64,000 nucleotides of DNA from the NCBI RefSeq assembly GCF_006345805.1, contig NC_043001.1:103106001-103170000 (forward strand). The letters are read 5' to 3'. A program made the translations under genes and the position numbers. A model generated the notes under the pieces. It was not told the DNA's origin, did no database searches, and saw nothing but the letters and a program-made list of their open reading frames with translations. Below, one piece after another: positions 39,690 to 53,005 of the stretch (positions within the stretch are counted from its first letter, which is position 1; each line of letters starts with the position of its first letter). The stretch is from Octopus sinensis. Lineage: Eukaryota.

Positions 39690-40455
39690 AGGACCGGCAC
39701 CGAAGCAACAGTATCACCATCAACAATAACAAATACAGTTCGGTCTTCTCCATTGATAATTTTCTGGAGCTTAGAGACATCAGCGAATATTTTCACCTTG
39801 CTGCGTTTAGATAGACTATAAAGAGAAGCGGGCCCAAGACAGTTCCCTGAGGGACACCAGTGTAGTAGTTTTTCACCGATTCTAACATTTGACAATTTTG
39901 ATGAGGATATTGGGGTCGACTCGTTACTGAAGCCAAGATATATGACATCACCAGATCTAAGGATATCATCGATGTGGTGTAAGAGCTGTGTTAGACAGTC
40001 CCTGCCGCAGAGGAAGCCATGCTGGTTTGAATTTAGGAGATTGTAGTTCTTCAGGAAGCCCTGCTATCCTTGATCTCATCACCCTATCAACCACTTTAAT
40101 GATATGGAAGGTGGATGAGATTGGACCTTAGTTGACTTCGAGAGCGATAGTTGTCTGTTTCGGTATATAGCCTGAGTCTAGAGAATTTCTTCAGAGGTTA
40201 GTTAGAGGGACTGCAAGTTGGTATCTACAGTCCTTTAGGAGACTAGCGGGGTATCTATCAGGGCCTACAGCAGAATAGGGTTTCATCTCATTTATTGCTG
40301 CTATGACGTATGGAGCAGTAAAAAAATTACATCCGAAATTAGATGTTGAGGATCGACATCGTTCACATCTCTTGCGTCAATATTAATGGAATCACTAAAG
40401 ACAGAGCAGTATTGTTTCTGCAGGACTTCTGCCCTTTGTTTAGCTTCTTGTTGGA
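39690..40455 (-). mobile_element. CR1/Jockey-group LINE RT fragment
   Basis: GPDRYPA..LK.C..QLAVPL; QHGFL.GRDCLTQLL; SGVPQGTVLGP; VKIFADVSK. Confidence 0.75.
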
Positions 40456-41645
40456 TATATATATACGTAAATAAATAATTAAATAAATAAATGCATGTAT
40501 AGTATGTATGTATGTATGTATGGTGTATGTATTTATGTATGTATGTATGTATGTATGTATGTATGTATGTATGTATGTAGTATGTATGTATGTATGCATG
40601 CATGTATGTTTTGTATGCATGCATGTAAGTATGTATGTAGTATGTATGTATGTATGTATGTATGTATGTATGTATGTATGTATATATAGATAGATAGATA
40701 CATACATATATATATATATATATATATCTATATATTATTATATATATATATATATATAATTATATGTATATATATCACAATCAGGAACAGCCATAATAGG
40801 CCATTCACCCACTAGAAATAACAGCCAAAAGCTTCAACCGCAAATACACATCAATAAATGTTTTTTTAATTTTCTCCTGGTTTACGGAATTGATGTTATT
40901 TTGCGGTTGAAGCTTTTGGCTGTTATTTCTAGTGGGTGAATGGCCTATTATGGTTCGTCCTTGATTGTGATGTTGAACTTAAAAATGGTCTATGACTACT
41001 TAATTTTTTCCCACTAGGCCGCTGGTGGCAAAAAAATTCTACAAAATTTTTTTGCCACCCTATATTGATTAATATATGTATATATATATATATATGCATA
41101 TATATAAAGAATACGCACAGATCATGAATGGCTAAAAGTTAAGTGAATCGTCCAACCTCGCTACGACTACCTTCTTTCTTGCACTTATTCTTATTCTTTC
41201 TCTATTCTCCAATTTCCATCTCATTGTATTGTCCCTCATTCTTTCAGTATTCCCTCATTACCCTGTCTAGCTCAAACATTTTTTTTTTTTTTCGTTTAGA
41301 CTTGTCTACAGGTTCATAGCCACTCTGATTTTTCAATTTTTCGTTTAGTGTTGTCTCCCGATTCATACAAACCCATTTGCTAGCTCATACGATTAACAGA
41401 ACCTCTTTACTCAGACACGGTGCACCCGCCCTCCCACCACCACCACCACCACGCATGCCGGAAGTTCCTATTCTCTGCCATTCCGGGGTTGCTTCCCATG
41501 AAGACTGCAAATGTTCTCACCATCCCTACCCCTCCCTACCCCTAGTCTCGACCTATGTAAGGTAATGTTCATACAGTGCAAAATATGAAAGGCTAGCGTT
41601 ATGCAGGTTGTACTGAAGGCTACTTTACTACTTCATTTCTTGCAC

Positions 41646-44600
41646 ATGAATTCTGCCAAATGCGAGCTTTCTTTTCAGGTACACGAAGCTACTGTCCACC
41701 GTCCCAGGGTCTCTAGAGCCCATGCCTCCCACACCCTCAGGGTTGGCAACCCTCAACGTTGGCACTCTGAAAGGTAGGTCTGGTGAGATAGTCGAGATGC
41801 TTGAACGTAGATGTGTGGATATATGTTGCATGCAAGAAATAAGGTGGAGAGGAGGATCAGCTAGGTTCCTCACAGGCAAGGAACGCAGGTACAAGATTTT
41901 CTGGGCAGGGAACACTGACGGGGTTGGTGGCGTGGGTATACTTATCGCTGAGAAATGGGTAGATAAAGTAATTGAGATAATCAGAGTATGTGACAGAACT
42001 TAAGATTAGATTAGTGCTTCATCATAGTTTAGCAACCATTATATCAGCCTATGCTCCTCAGTCGGGGCTACCCGATGGACAGAAAGACCGATTCTATGAC
42101 ACTCTACTGCAGACTACCTCGTTGACGAACGACACAGAGTCCTTATCTTTGTGGCTGGTGACTTCAATGGTCACGTTGGACGACATGCTGGGGGCTTCCA
42201 TGGCGTACATGGAGGCTATAGCTATGGCTCCCGCACGAGGAGGGACCAGGCTGCTGGAGTTCTGCGATGCAAATAATCTTATGATTTGCAACACTAACTT
42301 CAGGAAACCTACCAGCCACCTAGTCACTTACCAATCGGGCCAACATACCAGCCAAATTGACTACATCCTTACAAGGCAAAGGGAGAGATGGCTGCTATAA
42401 ATGCCAAAACCTTCCCAGGTGAAGAATGTACCCCACAACATAGACTGGTAGTTAGTGACTTTAGGATCAGGACTAGGAGGACAACCAGAAGACGACAAAT
42501 ATGGAGAAGAAGGATCTGGAAGCTTAAAGATCCTGCAAATGGACAGAGATTTAGGGACATATTACTTGAAGCCTCTGACGAAGTAGAAGGGGATAGAGCA
42601 TCACAGGGGGTAGAAGACAGCTGGACGTTTCTAAGGGACAACCTGCTGAGAGCCACTGACCAGATCTGTGGCTGGTGCAAAGTCCCCTCTCGACCTAGAA
42701 TAACGTGGTGGTGGAACAATATTGTAGACAGGCTATTAGAGAAAAGAGACAGGCTTGGAAGGTCTGGAAAAATGGGGGTAGCAGGGATTGTATCAGACTG
42801 CCAAAAGAGAAGCTAGGAGACAGGTTATTTTAGCCAGAGGGGAAGCAGATAAGAAAAAATTTGCCACTGTTCTGCGCCGTGAGGACCAAAGACTGGAGGT
42901 GTTTCGTGTTGCAAGACAGTGTGTGAGAGAGAATCGTGATGTGGTAGGAGAGAAGTGTGTTCGCATGGAAGATGGTTCACTTGCGCTAAAGAGGATGCAA
43001 AGAGAGAGGTTTGGAGATGCCACTATGAAAGGTTGCTGAATGAAGAAAATGAATGGGATAAAGAGAGTCTGCCGAATGTTGACCCCCAACAGAGGGACCA
43101 GCTATCCGAGTTGATAGTTCCGTGGTAGCTAAGGCAATTAGAAGCATGAAGACAGGGAAAGCCCCAGGCCCATCAGGAATCACTGCAGAGATGCTCAAAA
43201 TGTCTGGTAGTGTCGGCTATAGCCTAGTCACCCGTATAGTTAATCAGGTGATACACAAAGGGTCATACCCAATGACTGGTGTAGCAGTATAATAGTCAAC
43301 TGCTACAAAGGTAAAGGTGATGCCCTAGATACAAATAACTACAGAGGTATCAAGCTGTTGGACCAGGTGATGAAGGTTACGGAGAGGTCATAGCCCAACT
43401 AATTAGAGAGAGAGTTAGTTTAGATGAGATGCAGTTTTGGTTTTGTGGGGAAAAGTACTACTGATGCTATATTCCTGGTAAGGCAGCTGCAGGAGAAATA
43501 CCTAGCCAAAGATAAGCCCCTGTACCTGGCTTTTGTTGACGGGAGAAAGCCTTCGACAGGGTCCCCCGATCCCTTATCTGGTGGGCAATGAGGAAACTAG
43601 GGATAGATGAATGGTTAGTGAGAGCTGTGCGGGCCATGTACAGGGACGCCGCTAGTAGGGTGAGGGTTGGAAATGTGTACAGTGAAGAATTCCGGGTAGA
43701 GGTAGGAGTCCACCAAGGCTCAGTACTCAGCCCCCTCCTATTTATCATAGTCCTCCAGGCAATAACGGAGGAATTCAAGACAGGATGCCCTTGGGAGCTC
43801 CTCTATGCTGATGACCTTGCTCTAATTGCTGAGTCGCTATCAAACTGGAGGAGAAGTTTCAGGTGTGGAAACAAGGATTAGAATCGAAGGGCCTCAGAGT
43901 CAATCTAGCTAAAACCAAGTCGTAATCAGTAGGAAGGTAGACAAATCACAAACACCTTCAGGTAGATGGCCCTGCTCGATCTGTAGAAAAGGTGTAGGTA
44001 GAAACTCTATAAGATGCACCAAGTGTAAGCTATGGACACATAAGAGATGCAGCAATGTCAAAGGAAGGCTAACTAGGAAGATGGTTTTTGTATGTGGCAG
44101 ATGCTCAGGAACAATAAACACTGAAAATGCTCTGAGACCAACTTCCGTCACTTTCCAGGGAGAAAAACTAGAAATAGTTGATAGTTTCCGTTACCTAGGT
44201 GACCAAGTCAGCAGCGGGGGCGGGTGTGCTGAAAGTGTAACTGCTAGAGTAAGAATAGCTTGGGCAAAGTTCAGAGAGCTCTTACCTCTACTGGTGACAA
44301 AAGGCCTCTCGCACAGAGTGAAAGGCGGACTGTATGATGCGTGTGTACGAACAGCCATGCTACATGGCAGTGAAACATGGGCCGTGACTGCTGAGGATAT
44401 GCGTAAGCTCGCAAGAAATGAAGCCAGTATGCTCCGATGGATGTGTAATGCCGGTACTCACAATCGGCAGAGTGTAAGTACCTTGAGAGAAAAGCTGGAC
44501 CTAAGAAGCATCAGTTGTGGTGTGCAAGAGAGACGTTTGCGCTGGTATGGTCATGTGGCGAGAATGGATGAAGATAGTTGTGTGAAAAAGTGCCACACCC

Positions 44601-45387
44601 TAGCGGTTGAGGGAACCTGTGGAAGAGGCAGACCCAGGAAAACCTGGGACGAGGTGGTGAAGCACGACCTTCGAACTTTAGGTCTCACTGAGGAAATGAC
44701 TAGAGACCGAGACCTCTGGAAGTGTGCTGTTCGCGAGAAGACCCGGCAGGACAAGTGAGTCCATAACTCGTGGCCTTCTACATGGGATGGAGCCAGCCTA
44801 CGTATGCATACCTTCCCTTCTTGGGACACAAAACTCTACTTGTGAAGACGTGATGAGGCAAGTGAGGATCAGAATCGAAATCGATCAATGGAAATTGCAG
44901 ATGTGCTACCAGTGCCGGTGGCATGTCAAAACTCTGCTTGTGAAGACCCGTTGAGGCAAGTGACGATCAGAATCGAAATCGATCAATGGAAATCGATCAA
45001 TGGAAATCGATCATGGAAATTGCAGATGTGTTACCAGTGCCGGTGGCATGTAAGAGAACTTTCCGTTTCGCGACCGTTGCCAGCACCGCCCCGTTTCGTG
45101 TCCGTTGCCAGCCTCGCCTGGCCCTCGTGCCGGTGGCACATAAAAAGCACCATCCGTTCGTGGCCGTTTGCCAGCTCTGTCTGGCACCAGTGCGGGTGGC
45201 ACGTAAAAAGCACCCACTACACTCACGGAGTGGTTGGCGTTAGGAAGGCATCCAGCCGTAGAAACAACTGCCAGATTTGACTGGGCCTGATGAAGCCTTT
45301 TGGCTTCACAGACCCCAGTAGAACCGTCCAACCCATGCTAGCATGGAAAACGGACGCTAAATGATGATGATGATGATGATGATGATG

Positions 45388-45388
<1 letters not shown>
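41646..45388 (+). mobile_element. Near full-length RTE-clade LINE (APE endonuclease, RT, PHD-like Cys finger), 3' UTR and (GAT)n tail; frameshifted
   Basis: ATG 41646 MNSAK..TLNVGTLKGRSGE..MQEIRW; GDFNGHVG; SQIDYIL; YRGIKLL; GVHQGSVLSPLLF; LLYADDL; CSICRK..CTKC..HKRC..CGRC; RLRWYGHV; GRGRPRKTW; stop 44758. Confidence 0.95.
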
Positions 45389-45440
<52 letters not shown>

Positions 45441-45562
45441 TGTATATATATATAATATATATATATATGTATGTATATATATCTATATATATGTATGTAT
45501 ATATATATATATATATAAGATGTATTATTATTATACAATGTATATATATATATATATATATA

Positions 45563-45599
<37 letters not shown>

Positions 45600-45617
45600 T
45601 ATATAGTATATATATAT

Positions 45618-45666
<49 letters not shown>

Positions 45667-46130
45667 ATTGTATGTATAGTTTGTTTATATATGTATGTAT
45701 GTTATATATATATATATATAGATATATTTCCTTATTGCCCACAGGGGGCTAAACTAGAGGGGACAACAAGGACATTAAGTCGATTACATCAACCCCAGTG
45801 CGTAACTGGTACTTATTTAATCGACCCCGAAAGGATGAAAGGCAAAGTCGACCTCGGCGGAATTTGAACTTAGAACGTAGGGACAGAGACAAGTACTGCT
45901 AAGTATTTCGCCTGGCGTGCTAACGTTTCTGCCAGCTCGCCGCCATAGATAGATAGATACATACATACATACATACGTACATACATACATATATATATGT
46001 ATATATATATATATATTATATATAATATAATATATATATATTATATATATATATATAGATAGATAATAGATAGATACATACATACATATATATATATATA
46101 TGTATATATCATATATATATATATATAATA

Positions 46131-46167
<37 letters not shown>

Positions 46168-46196
46168 TATGTATATGTATGTATATGTTTGTTTAT

Positions 46197-46237
<41 letters not shown>

Positions 46238-46240
46238 TGT
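45389..46240. repeat. Compound (TA)n/(TATG)n microsatellite tract; others at 1687, 6005, 6770, 9410-9830, 40495-40775, 53007, 57823 and 58480-58760
   Basis: Directly visible simple repeats. Confidence 0.95.
45725..45945 (-). mobile_element. SINE family B
   Basis: Reverse complement of the family B consensus. Confidence 0.85.
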
Positions 46241-47642
46241 ATGCATGAATGCTATGCAAAGGGAAAGTATCTTGAATATAGAAACCTTGAATTATTCCCC
46301 TTACACTGTGTCGCGATTGAAAGTTAGCTCTCGGTTGTCATATTTCAAAAGGAAAATGCTTTATTTTAATCGATAAAATACTTGAGACAAATATTTAGAA
46401 TATGATTTTCGTTCACAGTTAAATTACCCAACATGTCTCTCTGTTTTATTATAATTCAATATCCAAACTTGTCTCTTCGTTTTCTTTTAAAGATATTTCG
46501 TTGCTGTTGCACGTCTTTTTCAGTTTGGGGGCAAATAAACTTCCTTCGTAAGGCCTTCGTTGATTCTATCGAAAAAATGTTCGTGTTTTCAAATATGTTT
46601 TATGTCAGAAATTATTATTATTTTAGAAAAGAGGCTGGGTGGTGCTTGGGTGGGACAGTCGACAGCCACACTGTTCTGGGTTCAAATCCATCTGAAATCG
46701 ACAGTATCTTTCATCCGGAAGGAACAGAATCTGTGTGTAAGTCGGGGTCTGCGTGTGTGTACGCGTACAAGTTCTGGCTAAACCCATGTCACACTGTCCA
46801 GCAGACCTAAGTTGCCAAATCTTTTATCATGTTAGTGGTCAGTGTAGTTGCAAAATTTTCCTTATAAAACATGGTTTCGAAGACCACAACACCCACAAAT
46901 CTTTTGAGGGTTTATATATTTTATACCCATTTGTTGGCATTTGGAACATAAGAGACAAAGAACTTCCGGGATAGGACACACTAGCGTCGTTAGAGAGAGT
47001 TCCGCCTGGGGCGGCCCTTCCATCTGCCGTCCCCGGACCCCACAAAAAACTCATATTGCCTACGGCTGACCCAAAAGTGGTGCCCCTTTAAAAGCGCTGC
47101 TCAGGACGAACCGCCCCACTGTTACGATAGTGAGAAGACATCGTGGATATTATTACAAGATAATCTGACATTATTCACGATCAGAAATTAAAAGTGAGGC
47201 GGTTTACGTTCAATGCTCAAATTAACCGGAAAATGCCTTGCATATGGAGTGGATATATATTTAGCAGTGACATATATACCCTTGGTGACTTTCCTTCATG
47301 GTGAGAATCAGTAGGGAAGGTATATGGTTCGATTTAAGGTCGAATGTCGTACGGACAAGATCAACATGATTGATATCTTTAAAATTCAAGGTCCACATTG
47401 AAAATACAACGACAAAGGAAATAGGGGCCTTACTCTCTTAACTTTTGATAAAGATGTATTTGTTTGTAAACAACTGAACGATTAGACACGTGTGGATATT
47501 TTAGTTTATCAACGATAATTATTTCTAGTCCCAACAGGTACTATCTAAGTAAGTAATTAATACTTATTAATAATAACTAATTAAATGTGATGGACAAGTG
47601 TTTTTGAAGGATATAACATAAGCAGTTGTCAGAGTATGTATG

Positions 47643-48460
47643 TACGAAGTGCATTCAAAAACTATCCGATTTTATTTTTTTCTCGCCAAAATTAATGCCG
47701 CGTGGGTAAAATTCTTTGGGTAGGAGGCGACACCACCCTTCCTGCGCATGCGTGAACATTTTCGCGCCGGCAAGCCACGTTAGTTCCGAATCATTACGCA
47801 TAAATTTCAGACGTGTAGGGCGCGCTTGTCGGATTTTCACTTTCACTGAATGCATCGAGCAGAAACATTGCATCAAGTTTGGCGATGATGTTGTGGGCAA
47901 AACTCAGATCAAGGAGTGGTACAACCGCTTCAAACAAGACCGCATCTCAATGGAGACCGAGGTACGCTGAAGCAAGCTATGGACAAACCGAAATGAGGAG
48001 CCGATTGAGAAGGTTCGGCGAATAGTCATGGAGGACCGTCATGTAAGAATATAGGAAATTGCTCACGAAGAGGGAATAAGCGCAGGACCAGTGTGTTCCA
48101 TTTTAAGGGAGGATCTGTGCATGGGGAGAGTGTGGGCGAAATTCTTCCCAATATGCTGGCGGAGCAGCGACAACAGGATATACTGGACTGTGCAAACCAC
48201 GACCCAGACTTCATGAAGACCATCTTCACTGGTGCTAGGACATGGGCTTATGGCCTTCTTCTCGATGCATTCGGTCATCTTGCGTGAAAACGAAAATCCG
48301 AGAGCGTGCGCTATACGCCTGTACTCTAGGCGTAACAGCCGAGAACGAACGCGGCCTGCAGGCGCGAAAGTTTCACGCATGCGCAGGAAGGGTGGTGTCA
48401 ACTCCTATCCAAAAGAATTTTGCCCACGTGGCATTAGTTTGAGCGGGAAAAAATAAATAA
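47643..48460 (+). mobile_element. Mariner-derived foldback element (transposase N-terminal half, long inverted ends)
   Basis: TECIEQKHCIKF..TQIKEWYNRFK..IEKVRRIVMEDR..DPDFMKTIFTG..TWAYG; 48255-48457 is an inverted copy of 47668-47865. Confidence 0.85.
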
Positions 48461-49352
48461 TGATAGATAGATATAGATATTCATCTGAATATCTAGACTG
48501 ACATTTCAGAAATAAATAGACACTGCTCGTCACACCGTTTTATCTGTGCGGCCACTGCTTTATGCTTCAGACTTGTTACGGCATTACGCACACGGCGTGT
48601 CTACTGATTGAGTAGATGGAGTACTTAAATACATGAAATTACTTTTCTGTTTCAAGACATAAATCTTTCAAAAATGATGGCGTCTATTTACTCTTGAGAG
48701 TAGAAAAGAATATATAGGAAATATTAGTGAACTAACAGCACCTAGGATTTGAACAATGCAGTTCAAGATACTTCTAAAAAGACTGTACAGTCTCCGTAGG
48801 AATAGCTTTGATCATAGATTTTTTTAAAATTAGGCCTGTGGCTAAAAAACAACAACAACAACAACAGCAGCAGCAGCAGCAGCGGCAGCAGCGGCAGCAG
48901 CAGCAGCGGCAGCAGCAGATAATCTAATTGTTTTCCTCTCATCATTGAGCTTTTACAAGTGGTACTTGCGTAACAACAATGGCTTCCATTGTTATGTTTC
49001 ACTCCCAAGCCAGTCCTTATCAAAGCACGTAAAGAGATAATGGCTTGTTGTTGTTTAACGTCTGGTCTGGCCTGCTTAAAGACACCATTTTAATTATAAC
49101 AATCCCGTCTTTTGTCAGCCAATCTGTATCTCGGACTACGCTAAGGAATGTTTACTTTTCCTTTTATGACTGGAAGTTTGGTTTCAGAGAGATGTCTTCT
49201 AATTCAAGTAGATGGAGCAACTATAAAAATATTCCTTCCGTGGCTCACTCAAATAAACGGTTTAGCGCCCTGGTGAATTTCGAAGATCCGTTATTTTGGC
49301 GGGTTTAGGATCAGACTGGGTACACGGACAGGCAGTCGTTTATCGCTCTGGG

Positions 49353-50453
49353 CAGCGCTTGATTAACCCCTTAAAGCACAATAAGCATGTGCTTAGGGCA
49401 TCGAGGAAGCGGGGGCACCACACCACAGAAACGAAAATGGTTTACCGCACAAAAGAAATCTCTTTAAACTTGCTAAAATAATATTTGTAATGCGTTATCT
49501 CTGCTAAGTATAGAAGCAGAAGTTTGATGTAAAATTAATTGTCGCGATATCATTAAAACACTTTGCAATTAAAAAAAAAAAAGGCGCAGGAGTGGCTGTG
49601 TGGTAAGTAGCTTGCTAACCAACCACATGGTTCCGGGTTCAGTCCCACTGCGTGGCATCTTGGGCAAGTGTCTTCTGCTATAGCCCCGGGCCGACCAATG
49701 CCTTGTGAGTGGATTTGGTAGACGGAAACTGAAAGAAGCCTGTCGTATATATGTATATATATATATATATGTGTGTGTATGTATGTGTGTGTGTTTGACA
49801 CCGATGCTGGTGTGTTTACGTCCCCGTCACTTAGCGGTTCGGCAAAAGAGACCGATAGAATAAGTACTGGGCTTACAAAGAATAAGTCCCGGGGTCGATT
49901 TGCTCGACTAAAGGCGGTGCTCCAGCATGGCCGCAGTCAAATGACTGAAACAAGTAAAAGAGTAAAGAGTAAAGAATGGAGAAATTTTTCCAAATATAAA
50001 TGAAGTGGAAGCAAACAAAAATAAACATTTCGTTTTTGGATTTGGCTTGCAAGATTCTTTATATGAGTTCGTGTGTTGAAGCATATTCTGTTGTGTCTGG
50101 GGAGAGTCGTTTTCTTTTTGTGCCTTATAAGTCAAGACAATTGAAAAGGTTGAAAGACGCAACGAAAATTTTAGGAAAATAAAAATAAGAAATAAGTGGA
50201 AATTTTACCGGTGCGTGTGTTACATTGTAAGGCACAAAAAAAATGACTCTCCCCAGACACAACAGAAAATAAACGTTATTTTCCATCTTTCTGTTAATTT
50301 TGCTTCGTTTTGAAAAATAAAAATTGATTTTATGGTTTATCATCGTTTACATTTTGAATTATTTTTCTTTAAATTTTGAACCATTTACATATATTTGAAG
50401 GCACCAAACCCTTTTAAATGCTCAGGACCTCTATGGGTCTTAATCCGGCCCTG
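49353..50453. mobile_element. Non-autonomous hAT-like element with 8-bp TSD and nested repeats
   Basis: Ends CAGCGCTTGATTAA / TTAATCCGGCCCTG; GCTCTGGG at 49345-49352 and 50454-50461. Confidence 0.8.
49582..49975 (+). mobile_element. SINE family A, full-length with CpGs intact, nested in a hAT-like element
   Basis: GGCGCAGGAGTGGCTGTGTGGTAAG...GGTTCAGTCCC head; (AGTAAAAG)n tail. Confidence 0.9.
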
Positions 50454-50635
50454 GCTCTGGGTATCGTGTGGAAGCCCAACACAAATGTTGGGCTTCCATC
50501 CAGATTCCATGAACAAAACTTTGCTTAAATGGCATTACTCAAACCTCGATTGTCGTAGAGATCACGTAATCACGTTGTGTGTCCTCTTAGGGTTCTGTGT
50601 TCGCAGCCGGTTCGGGTTACCTTTCGGTTCTCTAA

Positions 50636-51060
50636 GGTGGCGAGCTGGCAGAATCGTTAGTACGCTGGGTACCATGCTTAGTGGCATTTCGTCCGTCTTT
50701 GCGTTCTGGGTTCAAATTCCACCGAGGTCGACTTAAACTTTTATCCTTTCGGGGTCGGAAAAAAAAGTACCAGTTGAAGGAAATAATCGAAACACAGCCC
50801 TTCTGAATTTGCTGGCCTTGTCCCAAAGCCAATATCAATGAAACGAGTTGGGCGACAAACAGACAGAATCGTTACTGCGTAGGCAAAAATGCTTCGCAGG
50901 ATTTCGTCCGCTTTTACGTTCTGAGTTCAAATTCCGCTGAGGTCGGCTTCGCCGTGCATCCATTCGGGACCGATAAAACAAATACCAGCTGAGCACTAGA
51001 ATCGATGTAATTGACTTGTCCCCTCCCTTGCTGGCCTTGTGCGCCTAAATTTGAAACCAA
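50636..51060 (+). mobile_element. SINE family B, two adjacent copies
   Basis: Heads at about 50636 and 50850; GAGTTCAAATTCC B-boxes. Confidence 0.8.
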
Positions 51061-51468
51061 TATTCGCGGTCCTCTGGTGATGTTGGACCTCAATGGGCAT
51101 TTGGCTTTAGATGAGAAAACAAAAAACCTCAAAAGGGAATACTTTAGATGGTGTCTAGAAATGGAGGACGAGAACACAAATATTTGCGATTTTAAAACAT
51201 TATTTCACCAGAAAAAAAGAAACCCAACCCAAGATTGCTTTAAAGGAAAAAAAGGCACAGGTATTTTAATCACAAACATCGTTGTTTCATAAACGATGAT
51301 TAGAGATTATGATGTCATGAGATAATTATTTTAATTAATAAACTACACGAAAGTCTGTTAAATGAGAATGTCATTTCGCGCTGTAGAAAGTAAACAAACA
51401 ATATTTCCTCACAATGAGATTTGACATTTGCTGAGAGAGGAGGGCCCGTCTACCACCACACGCACATG

Positions 51469-51536
<68 letters not shown>

Positions 51537-51884
51537 CATATATAATCGTTAGACATATGTACACGCATACGCACATATACATAAATATATAGTGACATAC
51601 ACACACATATAACATATATGTAGGTATGTGTGTGTGTAGATATATAGATATATATATATTCTTTTATTCTTTTGTTATTTTACTTGTTTGTCATTTCACT
51701 GCGACCAAGCTGGAGCACCGCCTTTAGTCGAACAAATCGCCTCCAGGACTTATTCCTTGTAAGCCTAGTACTTATCCTATCGATCCCGTTTGCTGAACCG
51801 CTAAGTTACGGGGACTCGGCCAACGTCGATTTGATGGAGAAAGTAAGCTAATGTGCAACACACACACTTGTCAATCGGTAAATG

Positions 51885-53005
51885 GAAAGTTTTACAGATT
51901 TTTACAGTTCCGAATGATGGACTGGATCTGTAGTCTTCGAATTAGCTTTCTCCTTTCTGATTTTGAGGAACCTAATTTCTCAAGATTGGTAATTAGGTAG
52001 AGTGTTAAATATCCCAGGGCCCCAATAATTACAGGTATAAGCCTGAACTTGTAATCTGGATAGAGTATTTGCAGATTTCTCAATAGTTCAGCATAGGGTA
52101 TTCCCTTTTTTACACTGATCTTCAGCTTTATATTAACATCCACTGGGCAGCTAGTTTCCACAACTGTACACAGTTTCTCTTCTCTATCCCAAATCATTAT
52201 ATTAGGCCTGTTGTCCTTACATTTTATTGAGGTCTTCACTAGGACATTCCACCAGTATTCCTTTTTATCATGAAGTGGCTATGGTTTCTAACAATCTGTG
52301 GGGTTTTATTTCTTTGTCCTCGGGATTATCTTTCCGACGGATTTCCTTACAGAGTGTCCTAGCTACAACGTCATGTCTCATCGGTAGATAATACCGTGAT
52401 GACATTTTCGGACAACTGCTTATGATGTGGGTGATATCTTCAGTATGAACTCCACAAACTCTGCATCAGTTGTCACAGTTTACTGCTTTTCCAGCATCTC
52501 TATCCCTTTTGTGCATCAGGTACTTGGTTAATAGTTCCTGTTCCTGGATTGCGAACGCATACCCTTCAAAGTGGGAGGTAGTAATCCGGCTATTCGTCCA
52601 TGATAATCCGCTTTGATGATCGATGTTACTATCATCTCGGAGCTTTCTACTAACATATCCATGCATAGTCTTTTGCTCATCCTTTCATCTGATGATATGT
52701 TGCAGTAGAGTCGTGTGACTTCTTTGGGCATGTATTCTAGGTTATCAGACAAAGAGTGTGGCTCAAGGAGCTGCCTTCCACGTCTTATGATGTTATCAGC
52801 CTCATGTATGCAAACTTGGTCAAGAGATGCACTTCGACACTTGGTGGTTAAAAGATGTTGCCGAAGGGATGTGATGCGACATTCAAATTCATTTCGGATC
52901 GATGTTAAGAGTCTGCCGCCTTGTTTTTGTTTTAGGTAGTGGCGGTTTACGTCACTGTTGATGTGGAAATCATATGCGCTTGTTAGCATTTTCGAGTTTT
53001 CACGG
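51885..53005 (-). mobile_element. R4/Dong-clade LINE 3' part (zinc knuckle + restriction-like endonuclease), copy 1
   Basis: IQEQELLTKY; CRVCGVHTEDITHIISSC; RHD; NRPNIMIWDREEKLC.VVE.SCP; IPVIIGALG. Confidence 0.88.

Noticed and set aside
41557-41678. Apparent GT-AG intron before the RTE ORF
   Set aside because: An in-frame ATG at 41646 explains the ORF start without splicing.
48847-48918. CAA/CAG polyQ-like tract
   Set aside because: No surrounding open frame or splice sites.
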